64,000 nucleotides of DNA from Mobula hypostoma (lineage: Eukaryota), in the NCBI RefSeq assembly GCF_963921235.1, contig NC_086097.1, positions 164,240,001 to 164,304,000 on the forward strand, written 5' to 3'. Shown in pieces: positions 12,215 to 25,401 of the stretch (within the stretch, counting starts at the first letter, position 1; each line of letters starts with the position of its first letter). A model generated the notes under the pieces. It did not search any database and was not told where the DNA came from. It worked only from the letters and a program-made list of their open reading frames with translations. The translations under genes and the position numbers were made by a program.

Positions 12215-13966
12215 AAGTGGGAAAGTATGCATGGAACCAGAGGAAGTAGTAGAGGTACTTAATGAATACTTTATTTCAGTATTCACTATGGAAAAGGATC
12301 TTGGTGATTGCAGTGATGATCTGCGGCGGACTGAAAAGCTTGAGCATGCAGATATTAAGAAAGAGGATATGCTGGAGCTTTTGGAAAGCATCAAGTTGGA
12401 TAAGTCGCCAGTACTGGATGAGATGTACCCCAGGCTACTGTGGGAGGCAAGAGAGGAGATTACTGAGCCTCTGGCGATGATCTTTGCATCATCAATGGGG
12501 ATAGGAGAGGTTCCAGAGGATTGGAGGGTCGTGGATGTTGTTCCTTTATTCAAGAAAGGGAGCAGAGATAGCTCAGAAAATTATAGATCAGTGAGTATTA
12601 CCTCAGTGGTTGGTAAGTTGATGGAGAAGATCCTGAGAGGCAGGATTTATGAACATCTGGAGAGGTATAATATGATTAGGAATAGTCAGCATGGCTTTGT
12701 CAAAGGCAGATCGTGCCTTACGAGCCTGATTGAACTTTTTGTCAAGGTGACTAAACACATTGATGAAGGAAGAGCAGTAGATGTAGTGTATATGGATTTC
12801 AGCAAGGCATTTGATAAGGTACCCCATGCAAGGCTTATTGAGAAAGTAAGGAGGCATGGAATCCAAGGGGACATTGCTTTGTGAATCCAATACTGGCTTG
12901 CCCACAGAAGGCAAAGAGTGGTTGTAGATGGGTCATATTCTGCATGGAGGTAGGTGACCAGTGGTGTGCCTCAGGGATCTGTTCTGGGACCCCTACTCTT
13001 TGTGATTTTTATAAATGACCTGGATGAGGAAGTGAAGGGATGGGTTAGTAAATTTGCTGATGACACAAAGGTTGAGGGTTTTGTGGATAGTGTGGAGTGC
13101 TGTCAGAGGTTGCAGCGGGACATTGATAGGATGTAAAACTGGGCTGAGAAGTGGCAGATGGAGTTCAACCCAGATAAGTGTGAAGTGGTTCATTTTGGTA
13201 GGTCAAATATGATGGCAGAATATAGTATTAATGGTAAGACTCTTGGCAGTGTGGAGGATCAGAGGGATCTTGGGGTCCGAGTCCATAGGATGCTCAAAGC
13301 AGCTGTGCAGGTTGACTCTGTGGTTAAGAAAGCGTATGGTATATTGGCCTTCATTAATCATGGAATTGAATTTAGGAGCCAAGAGGTAATGTTGCAGCTA
13401 TATAGGACCCTGGTCAGACCCCACTTGGAGTACTGTGCTCAGTTCTGGTCACCTCACTACAGGAAGGATATGGAAGCCATAGAAAGGGTGCAGAGGGGAT
13501 TTACAAGGATGTTGCCTGGATTGGGGAGCATGCCTTATGAGAATAGGTTGAGTGAACTCAGCCTTTTCTCCTTGGAGCAACGGAGGATGAGAGGTGTCCT
13601 GATAGAGGTGTATAAGATGATGAGAGGCATTGATCATGTGGATAGACAGAGGCTTTTTCCCAGGGCTGAAATGGTCGCTACAAGAGAACACAGGTTTAAG
13701 GTGCTGGGGAGTAGGTACAGAGGAGATGTCAGGGGTAAGTCTTTTACTCAGAGAGTGGTGAGTGCATGGAATAGGCTGCCGGCAACGGTGGTGGAGGTGG
13801 ATACGGTAGGGTCTTTTAAGAGACTTTTGGATAGGTACATGGAGCTTAGAAAAGTAGAGGGCTATGAGTAAGTCTAGGAATTTCTAAGGTAGGGACATGT
13901 TCAGCACAACTTTGTGGGCCGAAGGGCCTGTATTGTGCTGTAGGTTTTCTATGTTTCTGTGTTTCT
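12215..13966 (+). mobile_element. 5'-truncated CR1 LINE (RT domain to tail) nested in a minus-strand SINE (~12160-14055)
   Basis: ORFs 12165-12884, 12954-13136 (KFADD) and 13158-13871; (gtttctat)-like tail; SINE sequence continues on both sides. Confidence 0.92.
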
Positions 13967-15650
13967 AAGGCTGTACTGGGGTAAGCCCATAAGTTGCGTA
14001 TGTTTCCAGTGCCAGCATAGCATACCCACAACTCACTAACCCTAATCCTAACTGTTGGTTCTTTTGATAACATTAGACCTGCCAACCTCGCAACCTCCCT
14101 TATATCAAATATCAACTCCTCCCACCGTCGCTGCACCAATTTCTACATTTGAAGCACAGCCTATCTTCTGTTGACAACTAACTGGAGTCTATCAACTGTT
14201 GTCCATCTTGTTTCACCTTGACAGCTTCTACTGAATGACACGGCTGCAAGGAATGCATTGTGGGCCTTAATTTGTTTAACAATGCATCAGATATGGAATG
14301 AAAGCCTAATTCCATCCTTGTCTCACTGCAAGACTCTTACCAATAATTTAGTATAGTGGTGAAGATATTGGTCCAATAGTCAAAGGCTTTTAGCCCATTG
14401 ACCCAGGGATGTGAGTTATTACCGATGACTTTGCATATGCTATAATCTACTGGTACTTAAAAGAAAACTCTTAAATGACCAGGTAGGAAGAGAAGGGCAT
14501 TGTGCCGATGAAGTAGATTTAATGAAGTTTATTCTGAATCAATTATATTGAACACTCTTTAAAGAGAAAGTAGGGGGAAGGGCATTGTGGCTAATAACTA
14601 CATGTGCATTTGGGCTGACAAATGATATTTAGAATCTGCAGGGAAAGATGCAGAGGAGCTACTCTATATATGTCAAAGGGCCCAGTGAAGTGGGGAAGTG
14701 TGTTCTTTAATTCGTATCATCATGTACAGATGTTTTTGTTTAAGCACTATTCTCTGCATTCATTTTTCTGTACAGAAAACTTAACAATGGCTCACACTCA
14801 GTTTCTTTCTCTCCCCCTCTCACTCGCCCTCACTGCCGTCTCTCACACACATCTGAGTTATGTATACTGAAGTCACAGATAATGAGCCTGTATGCAAAGA
14901 TCCACAGTAATTAGAGGCCAATTTGTAGAGAGGTAGGCCACTCCACCCATCCAAAACCTGCTAGTTATTATGTACTTGAGTTTCCTTTTTCTTGCGTAAA
15001 ATCTATGATTATGTTCCTTTATTCCCTTTTCTCTCCGACACTTGTTCAACCTCTCCTCATTTACTTCAGCCATTCCCAGTGATAGAGTGGTCCACAATGT
15101 CACCGCTCGATTGAATAAATGAGACACGGATTCTTATGTAAGACTGGCTTCTTTTCCCCATCATGCTTTGCAGAGGTTTAGCTGTTAACCACACAGCAAC
15201 AATGATAGCCTTGCAGCAATGTAAATGAACATTTACATAAAAGATAACTGCATCGCTTAAAAAACTGAATAATGTTATCGAAATTGAAAAGGTGTAGAAT
15301 AGAATTTGTTCTTGTGCCGAGTTTAGGAAAATTCAGTGTTTACCTCTACACAATGGTGAGTTCTATCCCATTTTTCCCCTGCACTAAAATGAGAGTCAAT
15401 TTCTACCAAGTTGTATTTTATGACAATTCATATCCCTGAGCTCTTTCAGCCATTAGTTTAATTATTCTAGTATTTTTCTCCTTCCTACAAACAATATTTT
15501 ATACTTGCCCGTGTATGCTAATCTTTAATTCCAATTATTCTTACTTCCTTAAATCTAACATTACAATGCCTCATATCAAGGATACCAAGCACTTTTGTTT
15601 TAAATTGAATGAACGTAGAACAGCTCCTGGAATTGCCTCACCATTATTTA

Positions 15651-15861
15651 GAACAAGAAAGAGAGAAATTGCCTTTAAACTCACGAGAGAGCATAGGCCA
15701 TCAACTTTTTGCTGTTGATGTTTCTGAAGCAGGAAATTTCTTTTTTACGAGGTCGGGTTGCTAGCTCGATAGAAAGTGTGCCCGGGCAGCCAGCTGGGTT
15801 CGAACTCAGGAGCCATCGCTCCGAAGTCCAGCGCTGATGCCACTAAGCCACTAGCCGGCTT
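15651..15861 (-). mobile_element. tRNA-derived SINE with RTE-like body/tail
   Basis: Minus strand: A-box tagtggcttagtgg, B-box gagttcgaacc, then ctagcaacccgacctcgtaaaaaa; perfect 11-bp TSD ACCATTATTTA (15640-15650, 15862-15872). Confidence 0.8.
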
Positions 15862-16553
15862 ACCATTATTTATTCTGATATGAAAAAACCTCTAAAGTGT
15901 TGGAGGCTATTGCTGGTTGGTGCACTTACTGGATGATTTGTGCACATGACATGCAGATTAATTATTGAAACCCCATTCTACTTCTCCATACTTTGACAGA
16001 GAAATTCCAGATTTATATTGGTTCTTTTCCCGTCTGAGAAGTTGTTCATGTGCAAACAAAATTCAGAATTTGGCAACAACATGAAGATATTTTCTGTTTT
16101 GTGTAGAAAGAATAAAGCCTCTTTTTATAGCCGGCACTGATGTGATACCACCCCTTTTTACATGAGAAGAGCAGGATTTAGCAATACTGGAACCTTTCGT
16201 TTTTCTCCGTTTTCTCTGTCCTTGATGGTGGACTTACTGTCCATGCAATGCCTACTGTTGTTTGCCGCCTTCCCTGCACCTTTGACAGTGATGAGTGGTT
16301 GTTTCACTTATTCCCTCGTCTCTCCTGGAGACAAACACACTAAGCACTGAGCTGGTCCTTTGGGATAAAGAGTCTTTTGACCTGCTGGACTTGTTGTGAA
16401 TGTGTGGGTGTGACCAGAATAAGTCTCCCCAGCAGTAATCTGGGGTGAGCAGTGCGTGAGTGGGCCAGTGAAGGAGTGGAGCTTTGAGGCTTGACTCAAG
16501 AGGCTTCAACGAGAAGAGGCGGAGGACAAGCTAGTTCGCAGTTAGTATTTACA

Positions 16554-17495
16554 ATGTCTCCTGAGACGATGATGTGCCTGTCATGTGAGATGAGGCAGTC
16601 CTGGGGGAACTCCGCTCTCCTGCAGAGTCACATCTGCCAGAAGGGCATACGGCTGGGCGATCTGGAAGACCTTGTAAGGAATCTGGAGCAGCAGCTGGAT
16701 GACCTTCGACTCATAAGGGAGAATGACGCAGTCATAGAAGAGAGCTACAGGGAGGTAGTCACACCTAGGCTGTCGGAAGCAGGTTGTTGGGTGACAGTCA
16801 GAGGGGGGAAAGCGAAGGTGAGCAGACAGGTAGTGCAGAGCACCCCTGTAGCCATTCCCCTGAATAATAAGTTTACTGTCCTGGATACTGTTGGCAGGGA
16901 TAACCGACCAGGTGTGAGCCACGGTGGCAGGGCCTCCGGCACTGAGTCTGACCCTGTGGTGCAGAAGGGTGGGACGGAGAAGAGGAGAGCTGTCGTCATT
17001 GGAGACTCTATAGCCAGGGGAGCAGACAGGAGATTTTGTGGATGTGAGAAGGACACCTGCGTGGTTTGTTGCCTCCCGGGTGCCAGGGTCCGGGATGTCT
17101 CTGACCGGGTGCACGACATCCTGGTATGAGAGGGAAAGCAACCAGAAGTCATGATACATGCTGGGACCAACGACATAGGCAGGAAGTGGGATGAGGTCCT
17201 GAAGTGTGAGTTTTGGGAACTAGGCAGAAGGCTGAAGAACAGGACCTCAAGGGTGGCGTTCTCAGGATTGCTGCCAGTGCTAAGTGACAGTGATGGTAAG
17301 AATTGGAGGAGATGGCAGTTGAATGCGTGGTTGGGGAGCTGGTGCAGGGAGCAGGGTTTTCGATTTTTAGATCATTGGGATCTCTTCTGGGGAAGGTGGG
17401 ACCTGTACAGATTGGATGAGTTGCACCTGAACTCGAGGGGGAGCAATATCCTTGCAGGTAGGTTTGCTAGCATGGTTCGGGAGGGTTTAAACTAA
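16554..17495 (+). pseudogene. CR1-A ORF1: zinc finger/leucine zipper plus SGNH/GDSL esterase, one premature stop at 17127
   Basis: CLSC..HICQKG, LEDLVRNLEQQLDDL, VIGDSI, HAGTND, DELHLN; ORFs 16491-17129 and 17151-17495 are in the same frame. Confidence 0.88.
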
Positions 17496-17530
17496 TTTGC
17501 GAGGGGGATGGGACCCAGAGCGATACAGCA

Positions 17531-20413
17531 GTGAAAGAAGTGCATGGAATAAAGCCAGATCTAACATACAGAGAGGCTTTGAGGAAAGAGAAGCAGAATA
17601 AACGGTGTAAAGACAAAAAGCAAGAAGGGCTGAAATGTGTGTACCTCAATGCAAGAAGCATCAGGAACAAAGGTGCTGAACTGAGAGCTTGGATACATAC
17701 ATGGAATTATGATGTAGTGGCCATTACAGAGACTTGGCTGGCACCAGGGCAGGAATGGATTCTCAATATTCCTGGATTTCAGTGCTTTAAAAGGGATAGA
17801 GAAGGCAGAAAAAGGGGAGGAGGGGTGGCATTACTGGTCAGGGATACTATTACAGCTACAAAAAGGGTGGGTAATGTAGCAGGATCCTCTTTTGAGTCAG
17901 TATGGGTGGAAGTCAGGAACAGGAAGGGAGCAGTTACTCTATTGGGGGTATTCTATAGGACCCCTGGTAGCAGCAGAGATACAGAGGAGCAGATTGGGAG
18001 GCAGATTTTGGAAAGGTGCAAAAATAACAGTGTTGTTATCATGGGTGACTTTAACTTTCCTAATATTGATTGGCACCTGATTAGTTCCAAGGGTTTAGAT
18101 GGGGCAAAGTTTGTTAAGTGTGTCCAGGACGGATTCTTGTCACAGTATGTGGACAGACCGACCGGGGGAATGCCATACTAGATCTAGTACTAGGTAATGA
18201 ACCGGGTCAGGTCACAGATCTCTCAGTGGGTGAGCATCTGGGGTGCAGTGACCACTGCTCCCTGGCTTTTAGCATTATCGTGGAAAAGGATAGAGTCAGA
18301 GAGGACAGGAACATTTTTAATTGGGGAAAGGCAAATTATGAGGCTATAAGGCTAGAACTTGCGGGTGTGAATTGGGATGATGTTTTTGCAGGGAAATGTA
18401 CTATGGACATGTGGTTGATGTTCAGAGATCTCTTGCAGGATGTTTGGGATAAATTTGTCCCGGTGAGGAAGATAAAGAATGGTAGGGTGAAGGAACCATG
18501 GGTGACAAGTGAGGTGGAAAATCTAGTCAGGTGGAAGAAGGCAGCATACATGAGGTTTAGGAAGCAAGGATCAGATGGGTCTATTGAGGAACATAGGGAA
18601 GCAAGAAAGGAGCTTAAGCAGGGGCTGATGAGCAAGAAGGGGGCATGAGAAGGCCTTGGTGAGTAGGGTAAAGGAAAACCCCAAGGCATTCTTCAATTAT
18701 GTGAAGAAAAAAAGGATGGCAGAAGTGAAGGTAGGACCGATTAGAGATAAAGGTGGGAAGATGTGCCTGGAGGCTGTGGAAGTGAGCGAGGTCCTCAATG
18801 AATACTTCTCTTTGGTATTCACCAATGAGAAGGAACTTGATGATGGTGAGGACAATATGAGTGAGGTTGATGTTCTGGAGCATGTTGATATTCAGGGAGA
18901 GGAGGTGTTGGATTTGTTAAAATACATTAGGACAGATAAGTCCCCGGGGCCTGACGGAATATTCCCCATGCTGCTCCATGAGGCGAGAGAAGAGATTGCT
19001 GAGCCTCTGGCTAGGATCTTTATGTCCTTGTTGTCTACAGGAATGGTACCGGAGGACTGGAGGGAGGTGAATGTTGTCCCCTTGTTCAAAAAAGGTAGTA
19101 GGGATAGTCCGGATAATTATAGACCAGTGAGCCTTACGTCTGTGGTGGGAAAGCTGTTGGAAAAGATTCTTAGAGATAGGATCTATAAGCATTTAGAGAA
19201 TCATGGTCTGATCGGGGACAGTCAGCATGGATTTGTGAAGGGTAGATCGTGTCTAACAAGCCTGATAGAGTTCTTTGAGGAGGTGACCAGGCATATAGAT
19301 GAGGGTAGTGCAGTGGATGTGATCTATATGGATTTTAGTAAGGCATTTGACAAGGTTCCACACGGTAGGCTTATTCAGAAAGTTAGAAGGCATGGGATCC
19401 AGGGAAGTTTGGCCAGGTTCAGAATTGGCTTGCCTGCAGAAGGCAGAGGGTGGTGGTGGAGGGAGTACATTCAGATTGGAGGATTGTGACTAGTGGTGTC
19501 CCACAAGGATCTGTTCTGGGACCTTTACTTTTTGCGATTTTTATTAACGACCTAGATGTGGGGGTAGAAGGGTGGGTTGGCATGTTTGCAGACGACACAA
19601 AGGTTGGTGGTGTTGTAGATAGTGTAGAGGATTGTCAAAGATTTCAGAGAGACATTGATAGGATGCAGAAGTGGGCTGAGAAGTGGCAGATGGAGTTCAA
19701 ACTGGAGATGTGTGAGGTGGTACACTTTGGAAGGACAAACTCCAAGGCCGTACAAAGTAAATGGCAAGATACTTGGTAGTGTGGAGGAGCAGAGGGATCT
19801 TGTGGTACATGTCTACAGATCCCTGAAAGTTGCCTCACAGGTGGATAGGGTAGTTAAGAAAGCTTATGGGATGTTAGCTTTCATAAATCGGGGGATAGAG
19901 TTTAAGAGTCGCGATGTAATGATGCAACTCTATAAAACTCTGGTTAGGCCACACTTGGAGTACTGTGTCCAGTTCTGGTCACCTCACTATAGGAAGGATG
20001 TGGAAGCATTGGAGAGGGTACAGAGGAGATTTACCAGGATGCTGCCTGATTTAGAGAGTATGGATTATGATCAGAGATTAAGGGAGCTAGGGCTTTACTC
20101 TTTGGAGAGAAGGAGGATGAGAGGAGACATGATAGAGGTATACAAGATAATAAGAGGAATAGATAGAGTGGATAGCCAGCTCCTCTTCCCCAGGGCACCA
20201 CTGCTCAATACAAGAGGACATGGCTTTAAGGTAAAGGGTGGGAAGTTCAAGGGGGATATTAGAGGAAGGTTTTTTACTCAGAGAGTGGTTGGTGCGTGGA
20301 ATGCACTGCCTGAGTCAGTGGTGGAGGCAGATACATTAGTGAAGTTTAAGAGACTACTAGACAGGTATATGGAGGAATCTAAGGTGGGGGCTTATATGGG
20401 AGGCAGGGTTTGA
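17531..20413 (+). pseudogene. CR1-A ORF2: APE endonuclease plus reverse transcriptase, frameshifted
   Basis: [33 protein letters not shown] across several ORF pieces. Confidence 0.92.
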
Positions 20414-21245
20414 GGGTCGGCACAACATTGTGGGCTGAAGGGCCTGTACTGTGCTGTACTATTCTATAATCTGCAGTGGAAGTGCTGAGTTTAATGACTG
20501 GTGAAGTTACTAAACTAATAGACAAGGGCCTGTGATGTGAGTTTGAATAGCTGGGGATTTTAAATTCAGGGAATTAACCACATTGGATTTTTAAAAGTCA
20601 TTTTATCACTTAATGAACCTACTGTATTTTTTCAAAACCCTGCAAGAAATCATTTATAAGGAACATAAATAACTCCAGTGCCAACTGTATGATGTTCTCT
20701 TAATACCCTCCTCAGTTCATGAACATTTATGGATGTAAAATACATCCCAGCGTTCCAGGTCAGATTGCCATCCCATGAGTGAACAAACATATGTAGTGTC
20801 TGATTAGGGGTTCGCATTCAGCACTAGTATTCAGAGCCAAATCCAAGCACTTTCTCATTCCTGCTCTTCCACTGTCAGTCGAGGCCCATACTGACTGTAT
20901 ACTTTCTTCTCCATCCCTATTATAAATGTGTCCAAACCAGGGTATTAAGGGTATCACAGAGGGAGCTGGGAACTGCTGACGTGCAAAGTATTGCAAGGCT
21001 GCAGAGTGTACTCTTTGTAGGATGATAAAACCCGTGAAGATGCCTGTGCCCGTTATGTACTGGGAGTCAACTTGTTGGACCAAAGGAAAGTTTGTTCAGT
21101 AACAGAGAGACAATGCATATGTTTTTTCTCTTTCTTTAGCTGCAGCGAATCCTTTTGGAAATTCTCCATTCTCCCATTATAGCAAGAATCATACTAAGCC
21201 ACTTGAAATTTTTAAAAATGCTTTCAGCATAACCCCATGATGCTA

Positions 21246-21404
21246 GCCAGTTTTAACACAATATCCCCGTGACACTGGCCAGTTTTAACACAATATCCCC
21301 GTGACACTGGCCAGCTTCAACAATAAAGTATGACTACTACTACTACTACTACTACTACTCTGGCCAGCTTCAACAGAATATCCACGTGACACTGGCCAGT
21401 TTTA
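21246..21404 (+). repeat. 32-bp minisatellite (~3.3 units) interrupted by a 37-bp LINE-tail insertion
   Basis: Unit gccagttttaacacaatatccccgtgacactg at 21246-21277 and 21278-21309; third unit split by ataaagtatg(act)n. Confidence 0.85.
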
Positions 21405-21905
21405 GAAAGCATCCTGTCTGGTTGCAGCACAGTTTGGTACAGCAACTGCTCTGCCCAAGTCCACAAGAATTTACTGAGAGTTGGAAACATAGCCCAGTCC
21501 ATCACGAAAACCAGCTTCCTCTCCATTGTTTCTGTCTGCACTTCCCATTGGCCTGAGGAAGTAGCCAACATAATCATAGACCTTTCTCATTCTGCACATT
21601 CTCTATTCTCCTCCATCCCACTGGGCAGAAGATTCAAAACCTTGAGAACACATACAGTACTGCCAGGCTCAAGGACAGCTTCTACGGCTCTTGAAAAGAA
21701 CTCTTAATATGCTTAAGATAAACTCCTGATCTCTCCATCTACCTTGCCATGTTCTTTGCACTTTATTTGTCTACCTGCACTGCACTAACTATGTTCTGCA
21801 TTGTTTTCTTCCCCAATTTGCACCATGCTTCTGTACGGAATGACATGCAAACGAAAGCTTTTTACTGCATCGCAGTACATGTGACAATAATAAATCATTA
21901 CCACC
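21404..21905 (+). mobile_element. Rex1/Babar LINE 3' fragment
   Basis: ESILSGCSTVWYSNCSAQ..IAQSIT..LGRRFK; ends catgtgacaataataaa. Confidence 0.7.
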
Positions 21906-22274
21906 TACCACCTACCTGCAGGTTGAGCGAATTGTAGTGACAGTAGCCTTTACCTGTCCCTTCTGATGTTTGAATGTCGTGAGCGACGATGGTGGGGGAG
22001 AATTCCCAGATCCACTCCCAAATCAAAATTTAATTAGAAGCTGATGGTGTGGGTTTGAGATTTAGAGATTTCATGGAATGACAAAGGTTGTGGAAGGTAG
22101 CCAGACCAAAATCACTTGGATCTGAACTGTCTGCAATCATGTCTGATACATGGGAGATTCAGTGCTCCTTAACTCCATCTCACTTTGCACCAAAAGTGGG
22201 CATTACTGACTTTAATGTTTCTTAAGGTCTGTGATATTTATTTAATAACCAGCAATGGCTGTTTTCTTCTTCAG

Positions 22275-22351
22275 ATGATCATTCTCGAGTCAGACTGCAA
22301 CCATTGGAAGGTGACTCAAATTCTGATTACATTAACGCAAACTACGTGGAA
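22275..22351 (+). CDS. PTPRM: PTPRM internal exon (77 nt, phase 1 to 0), D1 domain
   Basis: gttttcttcttcAG acceptor, GTAAGT donor; (Y)DHSRVRLQPLEGDSNSDYINANYVE with PTP motifs DxxRVxL and DYINA; phase matches the previous exon. Confidence 0.96.
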
Positions 22352-23594
22352 GTAAGTAGCTAATGTCTGGTGTTTATCTTTGAGCTATTCTTTAGCTGCA
22401 TAAGAGCTTGTGTAGGTGAATAGAGAACTCCTTTACATGTGTGATCCCAGATCAGGTGGGACAAAGATCAGAGGCAAATTAAAGCTCCTTTTACCCTGCT
22501 AACAATTTGACAATCTCTGAACAGCATGTCACACTCTACCCTGCATGACATTTGCTTTCTCCGCACCTGCCATTCTGTGATTTCACAAAGAGATACTGCT
22601 GGTTTAATGTTAATTAAAGACAGTCTTGTTCAGTGACACGATGGCTGTCAGAATCAGGTCATCAATTGGTTAGTTTCTGGCAGATGCCCTTTATCCTGAG
22701 CCATGTGTTGAATTATTGTGCCATAGGGGTTCCTTTAAGTAAGGTTGTGCCCCAAGAGGCAATGAATACCTGTGATTGCCTTGTATAAGAATGTAAAATT
22801 GTTGTTGTTCGTTCTGGTTCACAGCTTCTCATGGAATTGTAGCTCCTTTCTGAAAGAACTGAGATGTGGAAGTAGTGAATTATTCTGTAATGTTGACCAG
22901 AGGAGTTCTTTACCCACTATTGGAGCATAATATGTTGCATCCAAACTGCCTTCTAGGAGTGTCTGAAGCTGATGTTGGAAGATATGGATTGTTGTGTCTA
23001 TTTCAATTGATGATGTTTCTTAAAGTAATTTAGTGAAGGTGCAGATAAACCTCTGGCAGCAAACAGTTTTAGCATGTGGCAGGCAAAGATTGTAATCTGA
23101 TATGCATTTTCCACCTGTGCAGTACATCTGGTACTAAATTCTGAAGAGTCATATTTGGGCCAGTAACTGCATGTATGGAACATGGTTATCTCAAATTTTA
23201 AACATGTAAGTATCATCAGGTATGAAGTGCTTTTTAAAGTGTATTATTTATATTAATAATTAATAGGTCACATGGAAAGTGTTAAGGCTATATATTTTAA
23301 TGATGGTTTCCCAATGACAAAACAACAGGAAGAGAGATTTGTCTTTGGTTGCTCATATCAAAGACATACAAGGTATCTTGTATCCACCAGGTGGATTTGC
23401 TTCCAATACGTCCAGTTGATTAGAAGCAATGGAAAGTAGCATTCAGAGGCAGAGACTGCTTCTGGCTGATATTCTCACACGCCTTTAATGCCAATGAAAA
23501 TTTTCTTCCCCTAGCCATAGGTTTAATGTAATAGAAACTAGTAGCTTTGGCTTTATTTGAAAAAGAAAGAATAACCAATAATCACAATGCAGTA

Positions 23595-24795
23595 AGAAAG
23601 ATAAACAAGTAGGATCGATAAAGGGGATGCAGTGCATGTTGTATATTTGGACTTTCAGAAGGCCTTTATCAAGGTGCCACACATGAGGTGGCTTACCAGG
23701 TTAAGAGCCTATGGTATTACAGGAAAGTTACAAACATGGTTAGAGCATTGGCTGATTGGAAGAAGGCAGCAAGTGAGAATAAAAGGACGCTTTTCTGGTT
23801 GGCTGCTAGTGACTAGTGGTGTTCCGCAGGGGTCAATTTAGGGACTACTTTTTTTGCTGTATATAAATGATTTAGATGATGGAAAGGATGGCTTTGTTGC
23901 CAAGTTTGCAGATGATACAAAGACTGGTGGAAAGACAGGTAGTGTTGAGAAAACGGGAAGGATGCAGAAGGACTTCAACAGATTAGGAGAATGGTCAAGA
24001 AAGTGGCAAATGAAATATAATGTCGGAAAATGCATGGTCATGCAGTTTGGTAGTAGAAATAAATGTGCAGGCTACTTTCTAAACGTGGAGAAAATCCAAA
24101 ACTCTGAGATGCAAAGGGACTTGGGCGTCCATATGCGGAACGTTAAATTACAGGTTGAGTCGGTTGTGAGGAAGGCAAATCCAATGTTAGCATTCATTTC
24201 AAGCGGTCTAGAATACAAGAGCAGGGATGTAATGCTGAGGCTTTATAAGGCACTGGTGAGCCCTCACCTTCAGTATTGTGTACAATTTTGGGCTCCTTTT
24301 CTTAGAAGACTTGTGCTGGTATTGGAGAGGGTCCAGAGGAGGTTCACAAGGAAGATTCCAGGAATGAAAGGGTTATCATATGAGGAACGTTTGATGGCTC
24401 TGGGTCTGTACTTGCTGGAATTTATCTCATTGAAACCTTTTAAATGTTGAAAGACCTAGACAGAGTAGATGTGCAAAGGATATTTCCCATGGTGGGAGAG
24501 TCTAGGACAAGAGGGCACAGACTCAGGATAGAGGGATGTCCATTCAAAGCAGAGATGCAGAGAAATCTCTTTAGCCAGAGGGTGGTAAATTTGCAGAATT
24601 TGTTGCCACGTGTATCTGTGGAGGCCAGGTCATTGGGTGTATTTAAGTCTGAGATTGATAGGTGCTTGATTGAACATAGTATCAAAGGCTATGGGGAACA
24701 GGCCAGGAAATGGGGCTGAGGAAGAGAGAAAAAAGGGATCAGCCATGATTGAATGGTGGAGCAGACTGGATGGGCCAGATGGCTTAGTCTTATGG
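23595..24795 (+). mobile_element. 5'-truncated CR1 LINE
   Basis: [36 protein letters not shown]1 3' UTR. Confidence 0.88.
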
Positions 24796-25401
24796 AAACT
24801 TGTTTGGTTTCTGTTTCTAAATTGAATTGAAAAAGCAATAATAGCAAAAAAACTCAGTTACAGGTGGAAGAATTGACGGCTGAGTTGGTCAGTTCTGATA
24901 CATACTAAACTGGTTATTGAAATTGCTGAATTCACTGTTGTGTCACAATGTGTGCAGATGCTATCTCTCAGCCTTGCCTTGAGCTTCTTGGAACAAGTAG
25001 GAGGTTGACAGCAGAATGGTTAGAGTGGCATTGGGATAAAGAGCTAGAGCGACAGTCGTGACGTTCTGTTAATCACCAAATGCTATAGACGAGGCTGGAA
25101 TAAGATCAAATGGGCCTTCTTGAAAAGTGCACATCTTTGAAAATAAAAAAAATATGTACATATATTTAGATGTGTACGGATTTGTATATATAAAAAGAGA
25201 AATTGATGAAAAATCCAAAAGAAATTAACTGGCATCCAAACATATCTGGTTTCCTATCGAATGATGGAAAATTAGTCTCCTTGCAGTAGTTAATCGTTCT
25301 AATTTTCAGCGCTCTTAGAATGTCACAGTATTAGAAAAAAATAAAAGCTCTCCTGAGAGGAGTTCCTACATTAGCTTACTAATATATTTTTGCTCTTTTA
25401 G

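Larger units (their letters stand above)
16443..20466 (+). mobile_element. Full-length CR1 LINE (copy A)
   Basis: 5'UTR, ORF1, ORF2 (APE+RT), 3' UTR ending ctgtactattcta; 7-bp TSD TAATCTG (16436-16442, 20467-20473). Confidence 0.95.

Noticed and set aside
21246..21404. Regularly spaced ~32-bp repeats, superficially CRISPR-like
   Set aside because: Tandem units with no unique spacers, vertebrate intron, no cas genes
22352..25401. Search for a micro-exon like the short alternative exons known at this position in PTPRK/PTPRT/PTPRU
   Set aside because: No convincing AG..GT-bounded in-frame candidate found
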